Origin: Macrostomum lignano | Lineage: Eukaryota | Direction: 5' to 3' | Assembly (NCBI GenBank): GCA_002269645.1 | Contig: NIVC01000658.1 | Coordinates: 186,001-250,000, forward strand | DNA: 64,000 nt | In this document: positions 46,291 through 59,762 of the stretch, in pieces | How positions within the stretch are numbered: position 1 is the first letter of the stretch | How the letters are laid out: every line of letters begins with the position of its first letter | Notes under the pieces: generated by a model | Told to the model about the DNA's origin: nothing | What the model saw: the letters and a program-made list of their open reading frames with translations, nothing else | Databases searched by the model: none | Position numbers and translations under genes: made by a program

Positions 46291-49202
46291 TCGCTGCCTT
46301 CGATTTGGCCAGCAGCGCTTGGCGCTAGCTGCGCAAACGGCGCCACTTCCGCGCCAGCCTCGGCGCCTGCGGCACCAGCAGGACCCGGGCACCCTGCGCG
46401 CCCGGCTGATCCGCGCCGTCACGGAGCCGGTGGTGCCGCCCAAGCCGGTCTCCGACACCGAGCGGCGCCTCCGCCTGGCCGAGTATCGTCGTCAGCAGCT
46501 GGAGAGCAGTGGCTACCTGGCCTTCCTTGTTGACGAATATCGACGGACTGTTTTGGACGCTGCCGACGGCAACATGCTGCTGCTGTTGGAGATGCTGCCA
46601 AACAGAATGGTGAGCTGCAGTCCGAGTCGTCCACAGTTGCTCAGAGATAGAATCAATTTATTATCTCATGCTTCCAGAGATAGATCCCATTTTATCCCAT
46701 GCTCAGAGATAGATCCAATTTTCATCCCATGCTCCCAGAGATAGATCACATTTTTATCCCATGCTCCCAGAGATAGATCCCATTTTTATCCCATGCTCAC
46801 AGAGATAGATCACATTTTTATCCCATGCTCAGAGAGATAGATCCCATTTTTATCCCATGCTCAGAGATAGATCCCATTTTTGTCCCATGCTCACAGAGAT
46901 AGATCCCATTTTTATCCCCTGCTCACAGAGATAGATCCCATTTTCATCCCATGCTCACACAGATAGATCACATTTTTATCCCATGCTCACAGAGATAGAT
47001 CCCATTTTCATCCCATGCTCACAGAGATAGATCACATTTTTATCCCATGCTCAGAGAGATAGATCCCATTTTTATCCCATGCTCAGAGAGATAGATCCCA
47101 TTTTTGTCCCATGCTCACAGAGATAGATCCCATTTTTATCCCATGCTCAGAGATAGATCCCATTTTTATCCCCTGCTCACAGAGATAGATCCCATTTTTA
47201 TCCCATGCTCCCAGAGATAGATCCTATTTTTATCCCATGCTCACAGAGATAGATCCTATTTTTATCCCATGCTCACAGAGATCTTACTGTAAGCATCCCC
47301 TCAGCAACAGCAGGCTCATCAGCCTCCATACTCCCCACCCGCAGCTGCTGAGCTTCTCGTATCGCAACGCCCTGCACGGCATCGGCTACTCCATGCCGCG
47401 GCACTACCGCTACACCAATCCGGTTGTCAGGCGAGCCGCCGCCGGCACCAAATGGCAGCCGCTGGCCGAGCTGTTCTTTGCCGACGGCCTGAGAACCGAG
47501 CTCGCGTTTGGACCGGCCGAACCGGCCGCCTGCAAATCTGCGCTGGCCATTGTGGACGCCTCGCCATACCTGGTACTGCTTGGCGGAGTGACTGAGAACA
47601 GGATGCTCACTGCCGAGCAGGTCGGTTGAGGCAATTTCTGTACTGCCTTCTGCTGTTTTTTAAGTACAAGTATTAATTGTTAATATCTAGGAGTTCAGGA
47701 ATCAATGTATAGCGGGATTAGCGAGAATAGGGAGAATATAGATTATGAGCAATGGGGAGAATATGGATTATCAGCAATGGGAAGAATATGGATTATCAGC
47801 AATGGGGAGAATATGGATTATCAGCAATGGGGAGAATATGGATTATCAGCAATGGGAAGAATATGGATTATCAGCAATAGGGAGAAGAGGATTATCAGCA
47901 ATGGGGAGGATATGGATTATCAGCAAAGGGGAGAATATGGATTATCAGCAATGGGGAGAATATAGATTATCAGCAATGGGGAGAATATGGATTATCAGCA
48001 ATGGGAAGAATATGGATTATCAGCAATGGGGAGAATATGGATTATCAGCAATGGGGAGGATATGGATTATCAGCAAAGGGGAGAATATGGATTATCAGCA
48101 ATGGGAAGAATATGGATTATCAGCAATGGGGAGATTATGGATTATCAGCAATGGGAAGAATATGGATTATCAGCAAAGGGGAGAATATGGATTATCAGCA
48201 ATGGGGAGAATATGAATTATCAGCAATGGGGAGATTATGGATTATCAGCAATGGGAAGAATATGGATTATCAGCAATGGGGAGGATATGGATTATCAGCA
48301 AAGGGGAGAATATGGATTATCAGCAATGGGGAGAATATGGATTATCAGCAATGGGGAGATTATGGATTATCAGCAATGGGAAGAATATGGATTATCAGCA
48401 AAGGGGAGAATATGGATTATCAGCAATGGGAAGAATATGGATTATCAGCAATGGGAAGAATATGGATTATCAGCAATGGGAAGAATATGGATTATCAGCA
48501 ATGGGGAGAATATGGATTATCAGCAATGGGGAGAATATGGATTATCAGCAATGGGGAGAATATGGATTATCAGCAATGGGAAGAATATGGATTATCAGCA
48601 ATGGGAAGAATATGGATTATCAGCAATGGGAAGAATATGGATTATCAGCAATGGGGAGAATATGGATTATCAGCAATGGGGAGAATATGGATTATCAGCA
48701 ATGGGGAGAATATGGATTATCAGCAATGGGGAGAATATGGATTATCAGCAATGGGAAGAATATGGATTATCAGCAATGGGGAGAATATGGATTATCAGCA
48801 ATGGGAAGAATATGGATTATCAGCAATGGGAAGAATATGGATTATCAGCAATGGGGAGAATATGTATTATCAGCAATGGGAAGAATATGGATTATCAGCA
48901 ATGGGAAGAATATGGATTATCAGCAATGGGAAGAATATGGATTATCAGCAATGGGGAGAATATGGATTATCAGCAATTGGGAGAATATGGATTATCAGCA
49001 ATGGGAAGAATATCCTCAAACTCCTCAGGTGCGCAGCTACGCCCAGCTGGTCGACTTGGATACGGCTCGGGCGCGCCTCATCGGCGCCCTAAACGCGCCG
49101 GCTGAATCGTTGGCCGGACTGCTTAGCCGGCCGGCCGAACAGCTGATTACCCTGTTGGACAATCGACACAGTCAGCTGGGCGGCGACGGCGGCAGCGGTT
49201 GA
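46291..49202 (+). CDS. MRPL10: Mitochondrial ribosomal protein L10 (uL10m); 5' exon not located
   Basis: join(<46291..46609,47345..47620,49029..49202), phase-consistent. RARLIRAVTEPVVPPKP resembles human QRQKLMAVTEYIPPKP; YTNPVV..TKWQPLAELF resembles FPNQVL..SKYQNLLPLF; PYLVLLGGVTENRMLT and QLITLLD resemble PFLPLLGGCIDDTILS and QLTTLLD (human sequence recalled from memory). Confidence 0.85.
46665..47283. repeat. 30-32 bp minisatellite (AGAGATAGATCCCATTTTTATCCCATGCTCAC) filling an MRPL10 intron
   Basis: Direct read. Confidence 0.95.
47735..49012. repeat. 24/25-bp minisatellite (GATTATCAGCAATGGGGAGAATATG) filling the last MRPL10 intron
   Basis: Direct read; ends ~16 nt before the acceptor at 49028. 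Confidence 0.97.
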
Positions 49203-49324
49203 ATGTGCGGTGCACATTGCTCTTTGTGCTGCTCGGTTCACAGACACATATAGGCCCTGTGCATTTTGCTGTCTTAGTCACTGTGTTCTGTTTCTCATCT
49301 GTTTTCTCTTGTCTCTTATCTCTC

Positions 49325-49700
49325 CCTTCTCTACTCTGCCTCTCCTCTACCCTGCCTTCCCTCTCCACTTTGCCTCCCCTCTACTCTGCCTCTCCTCTAC
49401 TCTGCCTCTCCTCTACCCTGCCTCCCCTCTCCACTTTGCCTCCCCTCTACTCTGCCTCTCCTCTACTCTGCCTCCCCTCTACCCTGCCTCCCCTCTCCTC
49501 TGCCTCCCCTCTACTCTGCCTCTCCTCTACTCTTTGCCTCCCCTCTCCACTTTGCCTCCCCTCTACTCTGCCTCCCCTCTCCACTCTGCCTCCCCTCTCC
49601 ACTTTGCCTCCCCTCTCTACCCTGCCTCCCCTCTACTCTCTGCCTCCCCTCTACCCTGCCTCCCCTCTCTACTCTGCCTTCCCTCTCCACTCTGCTGTCT
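49325..49700. repeat. CT-rich ~17-bp minisatellite (CTCTACTCTGCCTCCCC)
   Basis: Direct read. Confidence 0.9.
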
Positions 49701-50339
49701 CCCCCTTCTCCACTCCACTATCTCTCCTTTCTCGCCTCTACTTGTTCTTTCTCCACCAATCCTCCCTATGTTCCGTTCATACTCCTTTTGTCTAGCCAAT
49801 TATTTCACCTAACTTAAGGCTAAATTGATAAGTAAAGAACAGAGCAATTCATGTTTTCCACCTGAGCCGTTACCTAGGTATGCTGCAATGATGTCAATTT
49901 TTGTAGCAACTAAAGCTGTTATAAGTATAGTTTAATTGTTGTTTATTGCCTTTCAATTGCAAATAGAAGAACAACTTGTTGCTAATTCCTTGCGTTGTCA
50001 CACTCTATAAGACCCTCCGCTTTGTATTTTGGGTATGGATTTGCCGCAAAAAAACATATAATCGTATGTGCTTTATTTATTTTCATTTCTGTTTTATCAT
50101 GTATGTAGCTTTTTAAAAGTATATTTGATCTTCTTATCGAGGTAGCGGTTAATAACATACTAGTCGTACTTGTATCTAAAATCTCTATGCATGACTGGAT
50201 ATTACCCATGAAAAGTAAAATAAATAGTTATGCACGTACTTATATACATGCAGTGCGCACTGGTGCACTACTGGAGTCCTAATACTAAAGCGTATCGCAT
50301 ATTGAGAGTGCACTTAGCCACTATAAAAGTACAGATGCA

Positions 50340-50806
50340 CTAGTCATACGGATAAGCGGACACAAACGATGCAGAACCGCAGCGCTCCCTCTTGTCGCCT
50401 TCGCAATGCAGATGGCAGCGCTCTTCGTTGGTGTAGCCGGCACTCTTCACCTTGTAGCCGCAAAAGCAGAGCTTCTGCTTTAGTAGCACCTGTCTAGAAA
50501 CGATGCTGCTTTTTAAGCATAACTTCCGGCAGTTTTCCGATGTGAGGTTAGTCACTGGGAATATTTTGGCGCCATTGGCGTATTGGTTTGTTGATTCGAT
50601 TGTGTAACAGCCTGGCAGGTCGGCTCCGCCTTGACAAATTAGGATCAGAATGAACTAGTGCGAGTAACACGTTTAAATTTTAAATATTAAAGCAGACGTA
50701 CTATTCAGTACTTACTAGTTTTGCAACCTTGAGCTAAGGTCGCTAGAAAAGCCCACGAAAGCAACCAGCAAGCGATGGCGACAGATGCCTGCTGAAGGGT
50801 TCTCAT
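50340..50806 (-). CDS. Small secreted protein with a single WSC domain, ~126 aa, 2 exons
   Basis: complement(join(50340..50629,50716..50806)). Exon 1 is a signal peptide MRTLQQASVAIACWLLSWAFLATLAQG ending at an A|GTAAGT donor. Exon 2 has the eight WSC cysteines: GCY...LTSENCRKLC...CFCG...CHLHCEGD..ERCGS....AY, then the stop. The exon 2 acceptor (AAG) is the least certain part. Confidence 0.8.
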
Positions 50807-52399
50807 TTTCGTAGTTAACGAGATTAGATATGCATGTCTATTTAACTTATTTTACTTTATTTATTTTACAAGGAAGTTGTAAAACTTTATCCAAAATATT
50901 ATTTATGAAGCAAAAGTTCGATATTTTGCCCCATAGACCATTATCAAATAATGAAACTATTGTTAATCTTTATTTCTTAATGACTATTTAAATCGTTTTT
51001 TCTTGTTAAAAATGGTCTATTTTCTTGATTTTAGGCATAACTCGGCCATTAAATTAAAAAACTTTGATATACCACATTAAAAGTTGAAATTTGCATGTGT
51101 TGTTTTCTTAGAAACTCTGGTTGAAGTCCTGGCAGGCGCTGGATCTAGCTGGCTTACTTTGTGGCTTTTTGCCTTTTTGTGCTGCTGAGGCCGAGGAAGC
51201 ATTTCACGAGCTATTAACTAAAATCTTTTTATGCTCAAGATTTAGCTTAAAGCTTCATAAATAAGCTTGCAATTTCACATGCCCAAGATTTCAGATTACA
51301 TTGTTTGAGAGTTTTTTGACAAACACGAAACTGTGGTGGTACTTTAGCAGTTCGTTTGTGAATGATGTCATGCCCATGGCCATGAATGACTATGTATTTA
51401 TATATTCGAAAGACACCCACAAAGGCCTTATAATAAAAAAAACAGCCTAATTAAATTAAAAAAGGCCTAACCTGATTTTAGAATCTTGGAAAGAACACAG
51501 TAATTTTTATCCTTTTTGGTTATTTTGTGTAAGATAGATAACTAATAACTTATAGTTATATAATGTAAACCTTTGTAAATAATTCAATATTTAAATAAAA
51601 CAAGAACTATCAACTTTAATATGTCTTTTCTTTATGCTAAAGTCAAAAAATAGAATTATATTCCAAAAAGTATATCTTGTCATTCTAATCATTTTAATTG
51701 CAGTGTCTATATACTAAATGCCTTTATAATAGTTTATATAGATATATGTTCATATATTTGCTCTATTTAAATAATATAAATAATCTATTTAAATCCAATA
51801 ATAACAAAGATACAAAATTGGCAATGACAATAAAACTAAAAGTATTAAAATTAAAATAAAATTATTTTTTGTCTTTTTTAAGTTTTTTAGGCATAGCTAG
51901 AAATAGAAGATAGAATATAACTTAAAAGTTGCTAAAGTTAATATTTTGTCTTGCTAATTTTATTCAAAGCTTGTATAAAAGTTCTAGATTAAAGTTATCA
52001 AATATGCCAATTGCTAGTAATATATCAAAATATCAAACAATAAATAGCTAGTGTTCGAACTTGTTATAATTTGTTAAATTTAAGTATTGATCATAAATTT
52101 TGAAACAAATATTATCTTGCTCCTACCTTTTGACTACTTGACTACCCATATCACTTATAATATAATATAAAAAATATAAAATAAGTTATTGCTGCTATTC
52201 ATCATAGCTATTACTTAAAGATTGTTTAGATATTATCCATTATAATTAGGCTCTCTATGAAATTCAATGGTATTATACATCCATATATGGCTATTAGCTA
52301 CAGATTTACTTTCAGATTCTATATTATCTAAATATGTCACTCTAGAATTCACTATAATGTATATATTGGTCATCTCTGACCTTGAAAATCCCTAAAGTT

Positions 52400-53283
52400 A
52401 TGGCCACAGCCACAGACACTCAGATACAAGCTACAAGTACCCTGTCAACCACAGAAAAGTGAACCAATTTTTACAGAAGATGTGATATCCTAAGTTTAAG
52501 AGGTATTAAAGGTTGTAGGACAGCTTAACCACTGTCCTTTCACTCATTGAAAAACTTTTGCAGCAATTTATGTTGTCACCAAAATGAGTGTGCTGCAAGG
52601 CAGTGCACTACACAAGACTGTGTACAAAGTGGCTAGTAGATGCCTCAGATAATAAAGCTTTAGTCTATACTCGACCTTCTTGCTAAGAATGCTACTGCTT
52701 CAGTAGCACTCGACCTTTTGTATAAAACCAAGGTCTATACAAGGTCTATCAACACCGACCTTTCACTCTGGAGCATACATGTTCACACAGATGGCTTGGA
52801 CAAACCCAAGCAAAGGTCGAATCTTGCAGCCAAGACAGTCATTCTCGTCAAACTCTCTGAAATCATAGCACCGCAGGAACAACAGGATCTCTTGGAAATA
52901 GATTTATTGATAAGCTCTGTGGCAGCGGCAGGTGAAAGTCAATTGACCAGTAAAGCCGGAGCTCCGCTTTTGCAAGTACGCCTAGGAACAGAACGGCGGC
53001 ACCAATTAACTTGCCACTTCATTTTTAGTACAGGCCTTCCTTATTAGCCAGTTGAGATCGCAGTTCCTCTTCACGTGAGATTATTTCATTCCGTAATAAA
53101 CTGGCTCAAAAAATGCTCGACATATTCATCCGGGTTGTCCGGACTTTCAAGCCCCGGATTCACGCCTGGAGTTCCAAGGAATGGTGGCGGCTCTGGCGAT
53201 CACTTCTTCCCATTCCCCGGGTCTTCCGATGACGAGCTGACATCAGAGTCACTGTTCAATCCAAGGCGCCGACATGGCGACAT
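52400..53283 (-). pseudogene. Decayed piggyBac-family transposase
   Basis: Minus-strand pieces across stops and frameshifts: PPPFLGTPGVN..EHFLSQFITE; LFLGVL..ELRLYWSID (~52950); LFLRCYDF..KIRPLL..CVNMYAPE*KVGVD (~52820); YRLKLY; VVKL..LGYHIFCKNWFT (~52470). This follows the piggyBac/PGBD motif order. Ends and TTAA TSD not identified. Confidence 0.78.
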
Positions 53284-53616
53284 GCTTCGATGCCAGCACG
53301 ATTGATGATTCCTGTTCTGTAGTCGGCGCCGCTCAGCCATGCAGGAGCAGAGTATAAAATTAAGTAAAGAAAACCGAGGGACAGTTTAGCTTCAGCTTCA
53401 CAGAACACAGATTTTATCTGTCTTTGACTGACTTTGTCTATAGGCTGAGTGAATCTGGGGTTAGACTTGTCTATGGCCGCTCTGCAGCCAAGTGGGTTTT
53501 TTCATCGTACTTTGTATTTCAGGCGGAGCTGAAGTGGTTTTTACTAAGACTAATAAACTTTCAGCAAATCTGCCAACTGTAATAAACAATATATTCCAGC
53601 AAAAACGGACCGGACT

Positions 53617-56600
53617 ATGCAAGAATCACTGGAAGCAATCAACTTACAAATTCGAAAGTACAGTAAAAAGCTGCGACAGATTGAACGACTGGTCTGTTCA
53701 CCACGGGCCTTGAATGAAGAGGAGCAGTCCAAGGTAACTCAATATAGAATGCAAGTATTGGCCACTTGAAGTTTCTGAAATCAAATTGAACTATATAAAT
53801 TTGCTATTATTCTACATTTAATCCTGTAGGTCTCTAAGAAGACTGCCCTGCAAGCGAGTCTGCTGCACTACATGCAACTCTTGAAACGGTACGTACCTTT
53901 CAGATCCTTCTCGGGTTTGGTCAGCACTATTTTCTAGATTCTAAAAATGCTGGGCACCGCCACTCTCCCAGATCCTGAGTTGCTAGGCCGCTGTTATTTC
54001 TTACATTCTCAGCTTCTGGGCCACCTCCCACCGCCAGATATTCTTAGGTATTGGGCTTAGGTATTTCGCTTTGCTGCCTTGCAGCCATCAGCCCAGCAGC
54101 AGCAGCAGCAGTCCGCAATCCGGCAATGACCAGCCGTTAAGCGAGGCTTCAGCTTTGCCCGCTGCCGTCACCGCGACAGCAGAGCGTTCGGAAGCAATAA
54201 GCGACTCGCAACAACCGCCGGCGAAACGAGTCGCTGTTGGTTGCTCAAATTTGCCTGAAGAATCATTGAGCAGCCAATCAGATCAGCTGTCTATCGAGTC
54301 TCTGCAAGGTTCTGCCGCCCAATCAATCGAGTCTGTAGAGGAACTACAGCAACCAGCCAGCCAATCAGCACCATCGGTAGAAAAGCCACAGCAACCAGCC
54401 AGCCAATCAGCGCCATCGGTAGAAAAGCCACAGCAATCAGCCAGCCAATCAGCGCCATCGGTAGAAAAGCCACAGCAATCAGCCAGCCAATCAGCGCCGC
54501 CGTTGGAAAAGCAACAGAAATCGACCAGCCAATCAGCGCCGTCGGTTCAAAAGCCACAAAAATCGACCAGCCAATCAGCGCAGTCGGCGCCTAAGCCCCA
54601 TTCTCTAGCCAGCTATTCAGTGTCCCAGCTGTCCAACGGTCATTCGGACATCATATTCTCGACTGACAGTAGCAAAAACCTGGCTGTCACCGCTGGACGG
54701 GACACAAGCGTACAGGTGTACGAAATTGAAATTTCCAAAAGTGGACTAAGCTGCCAAGGTAGCAGCCGCCTGACCGGCCACGCCCAGGCGGTCAATGTAG
54801 CCCGTCTAGTGGACTGCTCGGACTGTCCGGCTCTGTCCGAGGCGCTCGGTGCGGCTTCAACAATTCTGTGCGTCACCGGCTCGGAAGATGCTACGGTTCG
54901 AATCTGGGAGTGCGAGTCGGGTGAGAGGCTGGTCTGGCTGCACCTGATGATGGCTGTGGCTGTGAAATCTTACTAGCTGTTTCAAGTTCTAATCAAATCA
55001 AAAAATATTATTTGTTTGTTTAACTATCCCACACAGATACTAGAATAACTAGGTGGGCCACTCAAGCACCTATAATTGGCAAAACAGCTTTCTACTTTCA
55101 GTTCAGTAGCAATGAAGAATACATAAGCTATTTTATAAGAATAAAGGCTGCTGAGATTACTTTGATAAGTTTAGAAGCCCAAGTTTGCAGATGTAAACAG
55201 CTTGCTAATTGGTTCAGCCATAATGTACATTAACCAATGCAATGTACATGGCAGGAAGGCAATAAAAATTGGGTGGCGGGGCAGGGGTAGAGGTTCCGTG
55301 TGTAGTTTGGGGGTTTAAGTTTGGGGTAAGAACCAATAAATGAGCCTTGTCTTTAAAATACATTAAACTGCTTCAGTTTAACTTACTACTGAACTGAAAG
55401 TAGCTTACACGCAAATGTGTTGGGTGCCCCAACTAGTTATTCTAGTGTCTATGACCTATCCTATTCATTTTTTAAAAAGTTCTCTCACGGCGAGAAAGAA
55501 ATTTTGGCAAAATATTCTGGTTATACTACTCGACTTTCCGGCTAGTAGCCTGTTGCGCAGATTATAAGTAATCCTTTTTGTTGAAAAAGAAAATTGATTT
55601 TTTAGCTTGAACGAAGAAACGCAATTAAAAAGTACTTTGTATAATAAAAACACAAATTGTACTTTTTATAGTTACTATTCGAATCATCTACTCTGCCTGT
55701 CACCCCAGGTCGTCAACTATTCGAGCACTACGTATTCGCTTCGGTCACAGCCTTGCAGGCGTTGAAGTCCAGCGGCACCCTGCTGCTGCTGACTGGCAGC
55801 TCCAGCGGCAAACTCGAACTGTGGGATCCGGCCGGACTGTGGGACCGGGGGCCGTGCCTGATGGCCGACCAGCTGTTCAACGGCAGGGTCACCGATCTGC
55901 AGGTCTACGATGGAGAGAGAGGCTGGGCAGCGCTGGTTAGTTTCCAACTTGGAATTGCAATTCAAAATTTAAACTTTATTGTCCCACACTCTAACTGGGA
56001 TCCCACACACTCTAACTGAGATCCTACACACTCTAACTGAGATCCCACACACTCTAACTGAGATCCTACACTCTCTAACTGAGATCCCAGACTCACTAAC
56101 TGAGATCCCGGACTCTCTAACTGAGATCCTACACACTCTAACTGAGATCCCGGACTCTCTAACTGAGATCCCAGACTCTCTAATTGAGATCCTACACTCT
56201 CTAACTGAGATCCTACACTCTCTAACTGAGATCCCGGACTCTCTAACTGAGATCCCAGACTCTCTAACTGAGATCCTACACTCTCTAACTGAGATCCTAC
56301 ACTCTAACTGAGATCCTACACTCTCTAACTGAGATCCCGGACTCTCTAACTGAGATCCCAGACTATCTAACTGAGATCCCAAACTCTCTAATTGAGATCC
56401 TACACTCTCTAACTGAGATGCTATACTCTCTAACTGAGATCCCAGACTCTAACTGAGATCCTACACTCTCTAACTGAGATCCTACACTCTAACTGAGATC
56501 CTACACTCTCTAACTGAGATCACAGACTCTAACTGAGATCCCACACTCTCTAACTGAGATCCCACACTCTCTAACTGGGATCCCACACACTCTAACTGAG

Positions 56601-58934
56601 ATCCTACACTCTCTAACTGAGATCCCAGACTCTCTAACTGAGATCCTACAATCTAACTGAGATCCCAGACTCTCTAACTGAGATCCTACACTCTCTAACT
56701 GAGATCCCAAACTCTCTAATTGAGATCCCAGACTCTCTAATTGAGATTCCACACTCTCTAACTGCGATCCCGGACTCTAACTGAGATCCCGGACTCTCTA
56801 ATTGAGATCCCAGACTCTCTAACCGAAGTCCCAGTCCCCCCAGGCAATTCAGGCAAATCAGAGCTACAGATATTAATTTATTTAATGATTAATTAAATAA
56901 CAAAAAATCAATCAAATGGACTCATAATGCAGCTTTAGATTGCCATATTATTATTGTATAGAATTCTTATCTACATTCTGGTTCGTTTCCTAGAAATGAT
57001 GCTCTCTTAATCGTCTGAGATAAAAGAGTTCTTCAAGTGCAAGTTAAGAGCAGCTCAAAGTGCCGCATCCAGTTTTAGGGTGCAGGAGTTTTCCTGAATG
57101 ATCTGCATTTTATGAGTAAAGCCAACCCCACCGCCTCGCACTGGCCCCACTCTGCCCACTGAAAACAGAAGCGGTTGTCTCGTTGCGATCACGTGCTCTT
57201 CCTGCTCAGAGTGCTGCTATGTTGATACAATGCCACCGCAATAACAACACAAATTTGTAACAAAACCAGCTGGCAAGGAATGCATTTGGTTGGAATTTAA
57301 CTAGTTTTAATAGTAACAAAAATAGAAGAGGCTTTTAAATGTGTTTACGTACTTTTGCCCCGTGCCCTACAGAGTTTTGTTAACAAAAATAACATGACGC
57401 GCTGTTCTTTATTGTGCTCGTGTGCTTTTCAAACTTTAGTAAGATTTAATGGTTACTCTGAAAGCAAGATGAGAGGATAAACGTACTTTCCAAATTAGAG
57501 AGCTAAACTATTTTTCATGACACGATGTTCTTTAATTTGCCATTGAAATTTTCACAATGTAATAGTTAGTGTTTCAGGCGTTTGACAGATCTATATAAGT
57601 GAGAGTGACTCGGATAGAGGCAGAATGAAGACAAAAGAGTTACGTGAGAGGATTAGAAATGACAGGGGAGAAAGGGGAGTGACAGGAGAGAAAGCGGAGT
57701 GACAGGAGAGAGGGCGGAGTGACAGGAGAGAGGGCGGAGGGACAGGAGAGAGGGCGGAGTGACAGGAGAGAGGGCGGAGTGACAGGAGAGAGGGCGAAGT
57801 GACAGGAGAGAGGGCGGAGTGACAGGAGAGAGGGCGGAGTGACAGGAGAGAGGGCGGAGTGACAGGAGAGAGGGCGGAGTGACAGGAGAGAGGGCGGAGT
57901 GACAGGAGAGAGGGCGGAGTGACAGGAGAGAGGGCGGAGTGACAGGAGAGAAAGCGGAGTGACAGGAAAGAGGAGGGAGTGACAGGAAAGAGGAGGGAGT
58001 GACAGGAGAGAGGGCGGAGTGACAGGAAAGAGGAGGGAGTGACAGGAAAGAGGAGGGAGTGACAGGAAAGAGGGGGGAGTGACAGGAGAGGAGAGTGACG
58101 AGAATGAGAAAGGGAGTGCGGACAGAAGCACCGGGCCAGCAGCTAGAAACCCTCTTTCTCCGCCGCCCTCCCCGCAGGCGGGCAGCCGGGGGCAGCTGCT
58201 GGCCGCCTGCTCTTCCGCCGGCGAGTTGGCGCTGGGGCGTCTCAACGATCCGGCGGAGGCCTCCGCGGGCAGGTGCTGCCTTGCCCGGCCGCTGCTGTGC
58301 TTCCTGCCCGCGGTGGCGGCGGCGTCTCCAGCGTCGGGTCCGCGTCTTCGCCTGCGTCAGCCGTCGGCGCTGCAGCTGCTACCATCGGCGTCTTCGGGTT
58401 CGATGACTGCGGTTCTGGGCGTGGCAGATCGGCACTGTTCGGGAGTGAAATGCGTCAGCTTGCGGACTGATGAGGCTTCTGGCAGTGGTGAGCTCGGGTG
58501 CGGCTTGCTGTGTCTGTCTGTCCGTCTTACTGCCTGTCTGTCCGTCTTACTGTCTGTCTGTCCGTCTTACTGCCTGTCTGTCCGTCTGTCTGTCTGTCTG
58601 TCCGTCTTACTGTCTGTCTGTCCGTCTGTCTGTCTGTCTGTCCGTCTTACTGCCTGTCTGTCCGTCTGTCTGTCTGTCTGTCCGTCTTACTGCCTGTCTG
58701 TCCGTCTGTCTGTCCGTCTTACTGCCTGTCTGTCCGTCTGTCTGTCTGTCTGTCCGTCTTACTGCCTGTCTGTCCGTCTGTCTGTCTGTCTGTCCGTCTT
58801 ACTGCCTGTCTGTCCGTCTGTCTGTCTGTCTGTCCGTCTTACTGCCTGTCTGTCCGTCTTACTGTCTGTCTGTCCGTCTTACTGCCTGTCTGTCCGTCTG
58901 TCTGTCTGTCTGTCCGTCTTACTGTCTGTCTGTC

Positions 58935-58967
<33 letters not shown>

Positions 58968-59342
58968 TACTGCCTGTCTGTCCGTCTGTCTGTCTGTCTG
59001 TCCGTCTTACTGCCTGTCTGTCCGTCTGTCTGTCTGTCTGTCCGTCTTACTGCCTGTCTGTCCGTCTGTCTGTCTGTCTGTCCGTCTTACTGCCTGTCTG
59101 TCCGTCTGTCTGTCTGTCTGTCCGTCTTACTGCCTGTCTGTCCGTCTGTCTGTCTGTCTGTCCGTCTTACTGCCTGTCTGTCCGTCTGTCTGTCTGTCTG
59201 TCCGTCTTACTGCCTGTCTGTCCGTCTGTCTGTCTGTCTGTCCGTCTTACTGCCTGTCTGTCCGTCTGTCTGTCTGTCTGTCCATCTTACTGCCTGTCTG
59301 TCCGTCTGTCTGTCTGTCTGTCCGTCTTACTGTCTGTCTGTC

Positions 59343-59375
<33 letters not shown>

Positions 59376-59657
59376 TACTGCCTGTCTGTCCGTCTGTCTG
59401 TCTGTCTGTCCGTCTTACTGCCTGTCTGTCCGTCTTACTGCCTGTCTGTCCGTCTTACTGCCTGTCTGTCCGTCTTACTGCCTGTCTGTCCGTCTTACTG
59501 TCTTGTCTGTCCGTCTTACTGCCTGTCTGTCCGTCTTACTGTCTGTCTGTCCGTCTTACTGTCTGTCTGTCCGTCTGTCTTTCTGTCTGTCCGTCTTACT
59601 GTCTGTCTGTCCGACTTATTGCCTGTCTGTCCGTCTTACTGCATGCCTGTCCGTTTT

Positions 59658-59698
<41 letters not shown>

Positions 59699-59713
59699 GT
59701 CTCTGTCTGCCTA

Positions 59714-59762
<49 letters not shown>

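Noticed and set aside
41724-46744. Many long ORFs (up to 573 aa) of [18 protein letters not shown] type
   Set aside because: Translations of the 23-bp arrays; only the end of 45023..46744 overlaps a real MRPL10 exon.
47705-49105. MDYQQWGEYGLSAMGRIWIISNGEN repeat proteins
   Set aside because: Translations of the 24/25-bp intronic array of MRPL10.
52718-53305. Plus-strand ORFs 52718..53047 and 53075..53305
   Set aside because: Antisense shadows of the piggyBac relic.
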